Positions 45,747 to 54,516 of a stretch of 64,000 nucleotides of DNA are shown here, piece by piece. Position numbers and translations under genes: made by a program. This DNA is from an uncultured Acidobacteriota bacterium (lineage in GTDB: Bacteria; Acidobacteriota; Thermoanaerobaculia; Multivoradales; UBA5704): assembly GCA_963770895.1 (NCBI GenBank), contig CAVYRF010000001.1:1920001-1984000 (forward strand), in the 5' to 3' direction. Positions within the stretch are counted from its first letter, which is position 1; each line of letters opens with the position of its first letter. The notes beneath the pieces were generated by a model. It saw only the letters and a program-made list of their open reading frames with translations. It ran no database searches and was not told the DNA's origin.

Positions 45747-48700
45747 TTAGTCACCGGGCTCCATTGTCGCCAGGAGCGCGCGGATGGTCTCCGCTTCGGG
45801 GATTTGCAGGCTGTCAGCGGCGGCCAGCGCCAGCGTGAGCAGGTCGTGGGCCTCTGCGAGATCCCCGGCTTGCGACCTGCTCTGGAGGCCGAGGGCCAGG
45901 TTGGTCCGGGCGACGAGCAGTCCGCGGACGTCGCCGAGTGCCTCGAAGACGGGGAGCTGTTCTTCGCGGCGAATGCGGAGTGCCTCGTCCCGTTGGCCGC
46001 GGTCCTGGAGCACAGTGGCGATTTTACCGAGGGTGATGGCGCGCGAGCGGATGTCGCCGAGGGTCTCGTAGACGGGGAGCTGTTCCTCGCGGTGGATGCG
46101 GAGTGCTTCGTCGAGCTGGCCGCGGGCCTGGAGCACGTCGGCGATTTGGCCCAAGGTGACGGCGCGCGACCGAACGTCGCCGAGTGCCTCGTAGACGGGG
46201 AGCTCTTCTTCACGGCGGATGCGGAGTGCCTCATCGAGCTGGCCGCGGGCCTGGAGCACGTCGGCGATGTCGCCCAGGGTGATGGCGCGCGACCGAACGT
46301 CGCCGAGGGCGTCGAAGACGGGGAGCTGTTCCTCGCGGCGGATGCGGAGTGCCTCGTCGAGCTGGCCGCGGGCCTGGAGCACGTCGGCGATTTTGCCCAG
46401 GGTGACGGCGCGCGCCCAAACGTCGCCGAGGGCGTCGAAGACGGGGAGCTGTTCTTCGCGGCGGATGCGGAGTGCTTCGTCGAGCTGGCCGCGGGCCTGG
46501 AGCACGTCGGCGATTTTGCCCAGGGTGACGGCGCGCGCCCGAACGTCGCCGAGGGCCTCGAAGACGGGGAGCTCTTCTTCACGGCGGATGCGGAGTGCTT
46601 CGTCGAGCTGGCCGCGGGCCTGGAGCACGTCGGCGATCTTGCCCAGGGTGACGGCGCGCTCCCGAACGTCGCCGAGGGCCTCGTAGACGGGGAGCTCTTC
46701 TTCACGGCGGATGCGGAGTGCCTCGTCGAGCTGGCCGCGGTCCTGGAGCACGTCGGCGATTTTGCCCAGGGTGACGGCGCGCGACCGGACGTCGCCGAGT
46801 GCCTCGTAGACGGGGAGCTGTTCCTCGCGGCGGATGCGGAGTGCTTCGTCGAGCTGGCCGCGGGCCTGGAGCACGTCGGCGATTTCACCGCGGGCGATAG
46901 CCCGGTCGCGCTGGTGCCCCCCTTCGCCGAAGGCAGCCGCAGCCAATTCCAGGGCGGCTTGGGCATCCTGGAGCACACCTGCCCGGCTCAGGTCGCGGCC
47001 CCGCCTTAGGTGGGCGCTTGCTGCCGCAAACAGTGCGGTCGATCCCGTTGCCCCGGCGGTCAGGTCGAGCGCCGTGGCGATCGCCGCGCGCGCCTCCGGG
47101 ATGGCGCCAAGGGGCTCGAGACCATCATGCACGCGCAACCACAGGTGTGCAGCTGCAGCGCGCTCCGTTTCGCCCTGGCCGGCAGGGAAGAGGGCCAGGC
47201 CCTGGCGGGCGACCTGGATGCAGGCGCGGTAGGCGTGGCGGTCTCTCAGGCCGAGCGCCCACCGGCTGTACGACTGCAGTGCCCCTTCGCGGTCGCCGGC
47301 GGCGTCGCGATGGTGGGCGGCAGGTGCGAAGTCAGCGAGCGTACCGGGTCGGTTTTCGAGGTGCTGCGCCACCCGCAGGTGCCAGCCGCGCGCCGCTGCC
47401 GGTCCTTCGCGAGCGGCCAGCTCGTCTTGCCGGCGGCTGGCCAGGAGGCGGTGCACGGTGTCGCCGCCTTCAAGGGCGGAGGGGGCGACCGTGCGGGCCA
47501 GGAGGCCGTGTGTACGCAGCCAGTCGAGGTCGGTGGCGGGATGGGCGAGAGCTTCCGCTTCTAGCAGCGCTTCGATCTCGGCGGTGGGCAGGGGCTGGGT
47601 GAGCAGGCAGAGGCGGTCGAAGGCCGGAAGGTGCTGGGCGGGCACGGCGTCGAGGACGGCGTCGAGCAGGAGGCTGCGGCCGCGGGCCTGCTGGGTGGCC
47701 GCGAGCCGGGCAGTCACGGCTTCAACCGCCGGCCCCATCTGTGCGAGCAGCTGGCGCGCGCGGTGGGGGCGCTCGCGCAGATAGCCGCCGAGGAGCTGCA
47801 GGGCCTTGGGGTGGCCGCCGAGGTGGTGGAGGGCCTGCTGCCAGGCGGGTTCGTCCAGGCTGCCGAGTCCTTCGGCGTCGAGCAGGCGGAGCTTGCGGCA
47901 GCCGGAGGGAGACAGTTCGCCCAGGTCGAGGTTCCAGGGGGTGCAGGGTCCGGGCGGCAGCTCCAGGGCGTGGCGGCTGGTGATCAGGATGTGGAAGCCG
48001 GGGCCGCCCAGGATCGTGAGGTCCGTCACGGCCGCGGCAAGGGCTGGATCGCGGAGGCGGCCCTGGTCGTCCTGGTTGTCTTCCAGGTTGTCCAGCAGCA
48101 GGTAGGTCGGCGTGTGGGCGGTGAGCGCGTGACGCAGAGCCTGGCGGAAGTTCTGCTCTGCAGCATCCGGGGCGAGGCCGACGGGGCGAAGCACCGCGAG
48201 GTGCACGGCGACCTCTTCGGCCAGGATGGCGGCGGTGAGGGTGCGGCCAGCGGCGATGACGAGGACGCGGGCGCCCAGAGCCTGGCTGCGTTCGAGAAAG
48301 CGGGCGGCCAGGGTCGACTTGCCGATGCCGCCCAGGCCGTGGAGGACCAGCAGGCGCTCGCCGCGGGCGCAGGCCTGGTGCAGGCGGCGTTCGGCGTCGC
48401 GGCGGCCGACGTAGCCCTGGTCGAGGTAGGTGACGCCGCCGATCGCGAACGCCTGGCGCGCGAGGTCGATGGGGGTCGGAGCGGGGGCGGCGGTGCCGGC
48501 GGGGGCGACCAGGGGGCCGGTGGCGCGGCTGGCGAGGAGGACGGGTACGGCCCATTCGTGGGGCCGGCCGTGGGCGACGAGGTGAGCGCGGCCGGCGCGC
48601 AGCGCGGCGGGCAGGTCGGTGCCGGCGCCCAGGGTGCGGTAGAAGCCTTCGGCAAAAGCCGTGGCGCCGCCGTCGGAGATGGTGCCCTGCATCGCCAGGA

Positions 48701-50309
48701 CACGCGGCAGGCCGCCCAGGACCAGGGCTTCGGCGAAGCCTTCCGGCGCGGCCGGGGGCGGCTGGGTTGGCGGCGGCGCAGGTGGGGCAGGGGCGCCTTG
48801 GGCCTGGGCGGCGGCGGCACCGGTGGCCGGGGCGCGGAAGGCTGCGCCGATGGGTGGTCCGGTGGCGCCGGCGCCGGGGTGGCCGGCGGTTGGCGGGGCG
48901 CCCGCTGTGGTGCAGGCAGCGAGGACGACGAGCTGGATCTGGGCGGCGGCGGGCGTGGCACGGGTCCAGGCCAGAAGCTGGCGCGCGCCGAGCGGGGCGC
49001 GGTGGCCGGCGGCGTTTTCGAGGTAGAGGACCGGCTGGGGTGGTTCGCCGGGGGTAGCATGGATGCCGCCGTGGCAGGCGATGTGGACCAGTTGCGGGCG
49101 TTCGGGTTGGGCGAGCTGCTGGCGCAGCTCTTCGCCTTCGCCGGTGTCGGGCAGGATGAGCCGGCTGCGCCGCTCGCGCAGGGGCTCTTCGAGAGCGAGG
49201 AGCAGGCGCTCCTGCTCGCGCTCCCAGAACAGATCGCTGTCGGCGGTCAGACCCAGGGCGCCGAGGCCGGCGCCGGCGGCCTGGTCGTCGAACGGGGCGG
49301 CGGTGAAACCGAGGACGGTGAGGTGATCGGCGGGGAGAGCGGCGGCGGTGTCGGCGGCGGGATCGGCGGGGCCGCCGGGGAGGGCGACGCGGCGCACGAT
49401 TTCGAGGAGGCCTTGGTGGACCGGGAGCGGGTGGTCGGGCAGCGAGAGGAGCTCCCAGGGCAGGGCGAGTGCGGCGGGGTCGGCGGTGCGAATTTCGAGG
49501 ACCAGGAGGGCGCCGCCGGCGGCGGCGAGCGCGAGGGCGTGGCTGAGTGCGGCGGTGAGCGGCGGCGGCAGGGTGGCGGCGAGGGCGGCGCCGGCGACGC
49601 GCAGGGTGGCCAGGTCGAGTTGACCGTTAGCGTCGTCGCCGCGGCGGAAGGCGGCAAGGACGCCGGCGGTGCCGGGGGCGAGGCGCAGGTCGGCCGGCAG
49701 CGGGCCCAGGCGCTTGGGACCGGGCCAGGCGGGGCCGAGCGGCCGGAGGTCGAGCTCGGCGGCCAGCGGCGGGGTGATCTGGGTGGCGGCGGTGGCGGTG
49801 CCGGCGGCGGCGGGCGTAGGCGGGGGCGTGAGGGAGAGGACGACGCGGGGGCGTAGGGCGGCGAGGGCCGCGACGATCTCGCGGCGGAGGCTGGCTGCGG
49901 TGGTATAGGGGCGGGTCCAGAGGCCGGTGGCGTAGTCGGTGACTTCGCGGTCGAGGAAGTCGGCCAGGGCCGGCTCGCGGGCGGCGCCGCCCGCGTGGGA
50001 GAGAAAGACCAGGCAGCGGAGGCCGGCTTCGCGGGCGAGGCGAAACTCCTCTTCGGTGATGGCGCGGTGGTCGACGGTGCCTGCCGGCGGCACGGTGCCG
50101 CGGCGTTGGTCGAAGAGGCCGAGATAGGTGTCGCAGGCCGCGAGCTCGCGCACGAGGGCGTCGCGGACGGCGGTGGGCTGGGCGATGTGGGTTTCGGTGA
50201 GGACAGGTTCGAGGCCCGCGAGGCGGGCGGCGGTCGCGGCGGCGGCGCGGAGGTCGAGGAGACCGCCGAAGACGGAGGAATAAGAACGGAGTTGGCAATA
50301 GATCCGCAC
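45747..50309 (-). CDS. DUF4062 - CHAT (caspase-like) - STAND/NB-ARC NTPase - TPR protein
   Basis: N-term SSVF..CDTYLGLF..ITEEEF..A; LPWELL, VHIACHG and VLAAC (His/Cys dyad), GFYRTL, EWAVPVL; Walker A GLGGIGKST, Walker B LLLDNLED, GGHPKAL; C-terminal repeats. Confidence 0.88.
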   Translation of the reverse strand: MRIYCQLRSYSSVFGGLLDLRAAAATAARLAGLEPVLTETHIAQPTAVRDALVRELAACDTYLGLFDQRRGTVPPAGTVDHRAITEEEFRLAREAGLRCLVFLSHAGGAAREPALADFLDREVTDYATGLWTRPYTTAASLRREIVAALAALRPRVVLSLTPPPTPAAAGTATAATQITPPLAAELDLRPLGPAWPGPKRLGPLPADLRLAPGTAGVLAAFRRGDDANGQLDLATLRVAGAALAATLPPPLTAALSHALALAAAGGALLVLEIRTADPAALALPWELLSLPDHPLPVHQGLLEIVRRVALPGGPADPAADTAAALPADHLTVLGFTAAPFDDQAAGAGLGALGLTADSDLFWEREQERLLLALEEPLRERRSRLILPDTGEGEELRQQLAQPERPQLVHIACHGGIHATPGEPPQPVLYLENAAGHRAPLGARQLLAWTRATPAAAQIQLVVLAACTTAGAPPTAGHPGAGATGPPIGAAFRAPATGAAAAQAQGAPAPPAPPPTQPPPAAPEGFAEALVLGGLPRVLAMQGTISDGGATAFAEGFYRTLGAGTDLPAALRAGRAHLVAHGRPHEWAVPVLLASRATGPLVAPAGTAAPAPTPIDLARQAFAIGGVTYLDQGYVGRRDAERRLHQACARGERLLVLHGLGGIGKSTLAARFLERSQALGARVLVIAAGRTLTAAILAEEVAVHLAVLRPVGLAPDAAEQNFRQALRHALTAHTPTYLLLDNLEDNQDDQGRLRDPALAAAVTDLTILGGPGFHILITSRHALELPPGPCTPWNLDLGELSPSGCRKLRLLDAEGLGSLDEPAWQQALHHLGGHPKALQLLGGYLRERPHRARQLLAQMGPAVEAVTARLAATQQARGRSLLLDAVLDAVPAQHLPAFDRLCLLTQPLPTAEIEALLEAEALAHPATDLDWLRTHGLLARTVAPSALEGGDTVHRLLASRRQDELAAREGPAAARGWHLRVAQHLENRPGTLADFAPAAHHRDAAGDREGALQSYSRWALGLRDRHAYRACIQVARQGLALFPAGQGETERAAAAHLWLRVHDGLEPLGAIPEARAAIATALDLTAGATGSTALFAAASAHLRRGRDLSRAGVLQDAQAALELAAAAFGEGGHQRDRAIARGEIADVLQARGQLDEALRIRREEQLPVYEALGDVRSRAVTLGKIADVLQDRGQLDEALRIRREEELPVYEALGDVRERAVTLGKIADVLQARGQLDEALRIRREEELPVFEALGDVRARAVTLGKIADVLQARGQLDEALRIRREEQLPVFDALGDVWARAVTLGKIADVLQARGQLDEALRIRREEQLPVFDALGDVRSRAITLGDIADVLQARGQLDEALRIRREEELPVYEALGDVRSRAVTLGQIADVLQARGQLDEALRIHREEQLPVYETLGDIRSRAITLGKIATVLQDRGQRDEALRIRREEQLPVFEALGDVRGLLVARTNLALGLQSRSQAGDLAEAHDLLTLALAAADSLQIPEAETIRALLATMEPGD
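45927..46910 (-). repeat. Eight tandem 123-bp (41-aa) near-identical TPR-like repeats
   Basis: Unit RSRAVTLGKIADVLQARGQLDEALRIRREEQLPVYEALGDV; identical DNA words 123 bp apart (e.g. 46748 and 46871). Confidence 0.95.
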
Positions 50310-50460
50310 ACCGCACCCCCGTCGATAACTTTAGCAGTGAATGGCGTCATGATAGGGAGCGGCAGCGAGGCAGTCAACCGCTCGAATGCCTCTGGAAAGC
50401 GTGATGGCGCCGAGCCCCGCGCCGCCAGCCTGCCGGTGCTGCTGGCCGGCAGTCCCCGGT

Positions 50461-51072
50461 CTAAGGCTGTGGCGTGGCGGCGGGTGCGTCGGCGAGCAGG
50501 TCGCGCAGGGGGTGGCCGTCGACGTCGAAGCGGACGTAGGAGACGTCGGCGAACTGCATGGCGGTTTCGGTGAGCTGGGCGAGCATGCGCTGGTTGTCGC
50601 AGGGGGTGCCGCGCTCGACGTAGCCGGTGAGGCGCACGGTCACCTCACTGCCGCGCCGGTCGATCCCTGCTAGCTGCAGGCGGGCGTCGTACAGAGGGTT
50701 GAGCAGGCCGCTGTCGTGGTCGGAGGGCTGGTGCATCGCCAGCAGCTCGCCGAGCGCCGCGGCCAGTGCCGGCGCCGGCTGCGCCGCGGCCACTTCGATG
50801 GCCTGGGCGCTGTCGCCGCAGGCGACCTTGCGGCCGGTGCGGCCGCCGTCACCGGGCGCGATCAGAAAAACCTTCACCCGCGTCACCACGTCGCCGGCGC
50901 CGGGGCGGGGAGCGTCGCTCGCGGCGCTGGTTGCCGCGCCGCCGGCACCCTGGGCTCCGGCGCCGGTCTGGGCGGCGCCGCGGCAGGACAGCACCAGCAG
51001 CAGGGCCAGGCCGGCCAGCAGCAGTCGGCCAGGGAGGCGCCGCGGACGTGCCGCCGCCTTGGTCTTAGCCAT
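50461..51072 (-). CDS. Lipoprotein with GerMN-like domain
   Basis: Lipobox LVLSC; VKVFLI..ACGDS..AALGELL..QLTETAMQF..V..DG. Confidence 0.65.
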   Translation of the reverse strand: MAKTKAAARPRRLPGRLLLAGLALLLVLSCRGAAQTGAGAQGAGGAATSAASDAPRPGAGDVVTRVKVFLIAPGDGGRTGRKVACGDSAQAIEVAAAQPAPALAAALGELLAMHQPSDHDSGLLNPLYDARLQLAGIDRRGSEVTVRLTGYVERGTPCDNQRMLAQLTETAMQFADVSYVRFDVDGHPLRDLLADAPAATPQP

Positions 51073-51586
51073 CGCCGTCGGGTCGCCGCTCATAGCATAG
51101 GAAGGTGTAGGCGCAGGGCGCTTCCGGGTCGTCGGCCGCTTCGCGGCGCTCGGCGGCGACTTCGGTCCACTGCCGCGGGTCGACGTCGGGGAGGCGGGCG
51201 TCGCCGGCAAAGTCCTGGTGCAGGCGGGTGAGCCAGAGGCGCGAGCCGGTGCCGGCGGCCAGGGCCTGGCGATAGACGTCGGCTCCGCCGGCGATGAAGA
51301 CTTCGGCGGCGCCTTCGCCGCGCGCCAGCGCCAGGGCGGCGGCGAGCGACCTGGCGGCGCGGACTCCGGCGGGCGGGGCATAGCCGTCCTGGCGGGAGAG
51401 CACGACCGTCTGGCGGCCGGGCAGCGGCCGGCCGATGCTCTCGAAGGTCTTGCGTCCCATCACCAGCCAGTGCCCCATGGTCAGGCGGCGAAAGCGCTGC
51501 AGGTCCGCCCGCAGGCGCCAGGGCAGCTGGTTGTCGCGGCCGATGACGCCGTTGGCGGCGACCGCCGCGATCAGCGAGACGATCAC
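51065..51586 (-). CDS. folA: Dihydrofolate reductase
   Basis: IAAVAANGVIG..LPW..DLQRF..TMG..MGRKTFESIGRPLPGR, IAGGA; directly after thyA. Confidence 0.95.
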   Translation of the reverse strand: MIVSLIAAVAANGVIGRDNQLPWRLRADLQRFRRLTMGHWLVMGRKTFESIGRPLPGRQTVVLSRQDGYAPPAGVRAARSLAAALALARGEGAAEVFIAGGADVYRQALAAGTGSRLWLTRLHQDFAGDARLPDVDPRQWTEVAAERREAADDPEAPCAYTFLCYERRPDGDG

Positions 51587-51599
51587 GCGCCGGCCGGCC

Positions 51600-52394
51600 T
51601 CAGACGGCCACCGGCGCCTTGATGCCGGGATGGGGGTCGTAGTCGAGCAGGGTGAAGTCTTCGTACTGGAAGTCGAACAGCGACTGGCCGCGCTGGGCCA
51701 GCGCCATGCGCGGCAGCGGCCTGGGCGCGCGGCCCAGCTGCGTCCTGGCCTGCTCGACGTGGTTGAGGTAGAGGTGGGCGTCGCCCAGGGTGTGCACCAG
51801 CTCGCCCGGCCGCAGGCCGGTCACCTGCGCCACCATCAGGGTGAGCAGGGCGTAGGAGGCGATGTTGAACGGCAGCCCCAGGAAGACGTCGGCGCTGCGC
51901 TGGTAGATCTGGCAGGAGAGGGCGCCGCCGGCGACGTAGAACTGGAACAGGATGTGGCACGGCGGCAGGCGCATGCGGTCCAGGTCGCCGACGTTCCAGG
52001 CGCTGACCACGTGGCGCCGCGAATCCGGATCGCGGCGCAGGCCGTCGACCAGGCGGGCCATCTGGTCGATGGCCTGCCCGTCGCGGCCCGGCCAGGAGCG
52101 CCACTGGTGGCCGTAGGTGGGCCCCAGGTCGCCCGCGGCGTCGGCCCATTCGTCCCAGATGGTGACGCCGTGCTGCTGCAGCCAGGCGACGTTGGTGTCG
52201 CCTGCCAGCAACCACAGCAGCTCATAGACGATCGACCGCAGGTGCAGCCGCTTGGTGGTGAGCAGCGGGAATCCGGCCGCCAGATCGAAACGCATCTGGT
52301 GGCCGAACACGCTCAAGGTGCCGGTGCCGGTGCGGTCTGCCTTGGGCTGGCCGCGCTCAAGGACGGTGTGCAACAGGTCCAGGTACTGGCGCAT
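51600..52394 (-). CDS. thyA: Thymidylate synthase
   Basis: [37 protein letters not shown]; 264 aa. Confidence 0.98.
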   Translation of the reverse strand: MRQYLDLLHTVLERGQPKADRTGTGTLSVFGHQMRFDLAAGFPLLTTKRLHLRSIVYELLWLLAGDTNVAWLQQHGVTIWDEWADAAGDLGPTYGHQWRSWPGRDGQAIDQMARLVDGLRRDPDSRRHVVSAWNVGDLDRMRLPPCHILFQFYVAGGALSCQIYQRSADVFLGLPFNIASYALLTLMVAQVTGLRPGELVHTLGDAHLYLNHVEQARTQLGRAPRPLPRMALAQRGQSLFDFQYEDFTLLDYDPHPGIKAPVAV

Positions 52395-52446
52395 CTAGCA
52401 GTGTCCCGACCGACGCCGGCTTCTCGGATTTACGCGCGGTGGGCCA

Positions 52447-53619
52447 CTAGACGAACACCTCGACCTTGCCCTTGTCGCGCAGGGCCTTGATGTACTGCTG
52501 CACCTTTTCCTGCTGCTGGCGCTGCTTGAGGAAGTCGCCGATTTTGTCCTTGACGTCGGCAAAGGGCACCACGCCGGCATCCTGGTGCTCGACCAGCCGG
52601 ATGATGTGGTAGCCGTATTCGCTTTCGACGACCGGCGACAGGTCCTTGGGCGTCTTGAGGGCGAAGGCCGCGGCTTCGAACGGCGGCACCGTCTGGCCGC
52701 GCGTCAGCCAGCCCAGGTCGCCGCCGCGCTGCTTCGAACCCGGATCGTCGGAGTTTTCCGTCGCCAGCTTGGCGAAGTCGCCGCCCGCCTTCAGCTTGGC
52801 CAGGATGTCGTCGGCCTTGGCCTTGGCTTTGGCCTTGTCGGCGGCGGGCGCGTCCTTGGCCACCTTGATCAGGATGTGCTCGACGTGGATGCGCTCGGGG
52901 CGCTTCATCGTCTGCTGGTTCTGATCGTAGAAGGCCTTTTCTTGCGCGTCGGTGACGGCGACGCCCGCCACCACCTTGGTTTCGATCAGCCGCTGCACCA
53001 GGAAGGCGTCGCGCGCCCGCGCGATCAGCTCGGGCTCGGTCATGCCTTCCTTCTTGAGCTCTTCCTGATACTTGTCGGGGCTGGGGAAGCGGGCCTTCAG
53101 CTCGTCGATCTGCTTCTTGATCTCGTCGTCGGTGGCGGTGACGCCCTGAGTCTTGGCGTCCTGCAGCAGCAGCTGGCGGGCGACGATGTTCTCCAACACC
53201 TTGCGGTAGAAGTCGGCGGTCATCGGCTGGTTGGGCGCCATCTGGGTGTGCACCTGGTCCGCGGTCTTGAGCAGCTCGTCCTTCTTGATGTCCTGGCCGT
53301 TCACCTTTGCCACCACCGCCGGGATCTTGTCGGGCGACAGCGGCACCGGCGCCGGTCCGGCCGCGGCTCCGGCGGGCGGCGCGCCGGCCATGCCCGGAGG
53401 GGCCGGCGTGGCGGACGGCGCAGGCGTCGTCGCCCCAGACGGGGCGGCCGGGGTCGCCGCGGTCCCCTGGGCTGCCGCCGGTGCCGGCGCCGCGGCCTTG
53501 CTGCCGGACGCCTGCTGTTCGCCGAGCGAGCCGTGGGAACAGCCCAGCAAGCCGGTCAGCAGGAACACCAGCGAGAGGGACAGGATCTGAGGTGAATGAG
53601 ACGGGGTGTTCTTGCGCAT
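52447..53619 (-). CDS. PpiC/parvulin-type peptidyl-prolyl isomerase lipoprotein (PrsA/SurA-like)
   Basis: Lipobox LLGC; VAKVNG, HILI, FAKLA..NSDD..GGDLG, FE.AAF, SEYGYHII. Confidence 0.9.
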   Translation of the reverse strand: MRKNTPSHSPQILSLSLVFLLTGLLGCSHGSLGEQQASGSKAAAPAPAAAQGTAATPAAPSGATTPAPSATPAPPGMAGAPPAGAAAGPAPVPLSPDKIPAVVAKVNGQDIKKDELLKTADQVHTQMAPNQPMTADFYRKVLENIVARQLLLQDAKTQGVTATDDEIKKQIDELKARFPSPDKYQEELKKEGMTEPELIARARDAFLVQRLIETKVVAGVAVTDAQEKAFYDQNQQTMKRPERIHVEHILIKVAKDAPAADKAKAKAKADDILAKLKAGGDFAKLATENSDDPGSKQRGGDLGWLTRGQTVPPFEAAAFALKTPKDLSPVVESEYGYHIIRLVEHQDAGVVPFADVKDKIGDFLKQRQQQEKVQQYIKALRDKGKVEVFV

Positions 53620-53906
53620 CGGGTTGTTTTCCTCGATCAATCGCCCTGGCCCGCGTGCTGCGGTCGTGGCTGCGGGGCGGTCGTAGGGACGAGAGGACGG
53701 AATACGGCCGCGGACGGTCCAAGGCCGTGAAGGCGCATATCCTACCCGGAAACCGGCCGTCGCGGAAAGATCCGGGCCTTCATCTGTACTGCTGCCAATG
53801 AGATCGGCGCGCGGCCGCCGCCCGGCGGAGCCCCCGGCCGGGGGGCGCGCGGCAGCGCCCGGCCGCGGGCGGCGGCAGGATGCGGTGCTGTATAGTATCG
53901 CCGCCC

Positions 53907-54308
53907 ATGAGCGCCAAGCCTTTTCGCATCTTGATTGCCAAGCCTGGGCTGGACGGGCACGACCGGGGGGCCAAGGTGGTGGCGCGCGCGCTGCGCGACG
54001 CCGGTTTCGAGGTGATCTACAGCGGTCTGCGGCAGACTCCCGAGCAGATCGTCGCCGCCGCGGTGCAGGAAGACGTGGCCGCGGTGGGCCTGTCGATCCT
54101 GTCCGGTGCCCACAACAGCCTGCTGCCCGAAATCACCCGCCTGCTCAAGGAGCAGGGCGCGGGCGACATCCTGGTGTTCGCCGGCGGCATCATCCCCGAG
54201 CAGGACCTGGCAGGGCTCAAGAGCGCCGGCATCGACGCGGTCTTTCTTCCCGGCACCTCGACCAAGGACATCGTCCAGTATCTGCGGGTGCGTCTCAGCG
54301 CGGCCTAG
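53907..54308 (+). CDS. Cobalamin-binding subunit of a methylmalonyl-CoA mutase-family enzyme
   Basis: [10 protein letters not shown] (DxHxxG), [14 protein letters not shown]. Confidence 0.92.
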   Translation: MSAKPFRILIAKPGLDGHDRGAKVVARALRDAGFEVIYSGLRQTPEQIVAAAVQEDVAAVGLSILSGAHNSLLPEITRLLKEQGAGDILVFAGGIIPEQDLAGLKSAGIDAVFLPGTSTKDIVQYLRVRLSAA

Positions 54309-54516
54309 TGGCCTGGTGGCCCTGATGGCCGCGGGGCATCCAGCGCGCCGCCGCCGGGGCCGGCCGGGCGCGGGGGCTGGCGCCGGGTGCCCCCCGGCAG
54401 TTTCGACGAGCCTTGGCAGCGCCTGGCCGCCGGCGGGTAAACCCCTGATGGAAAGCGGTTTGACGGTTCGGTGCCGGGATGCTAGGTTATCTTGACATTG
54501 GGATCGGAGGGGGTAC

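Noticed and set aside
45927-46910. Regular repeats as a possible CRISPR array
   Set aside because: Contiguous 123-bp in-frame coding units without unique spacers; no cas genes in the window
44555-47009. Repetitive ORFs in other frames over the TPR array
   Set aside because: By-products of a repeat unit divisible by three
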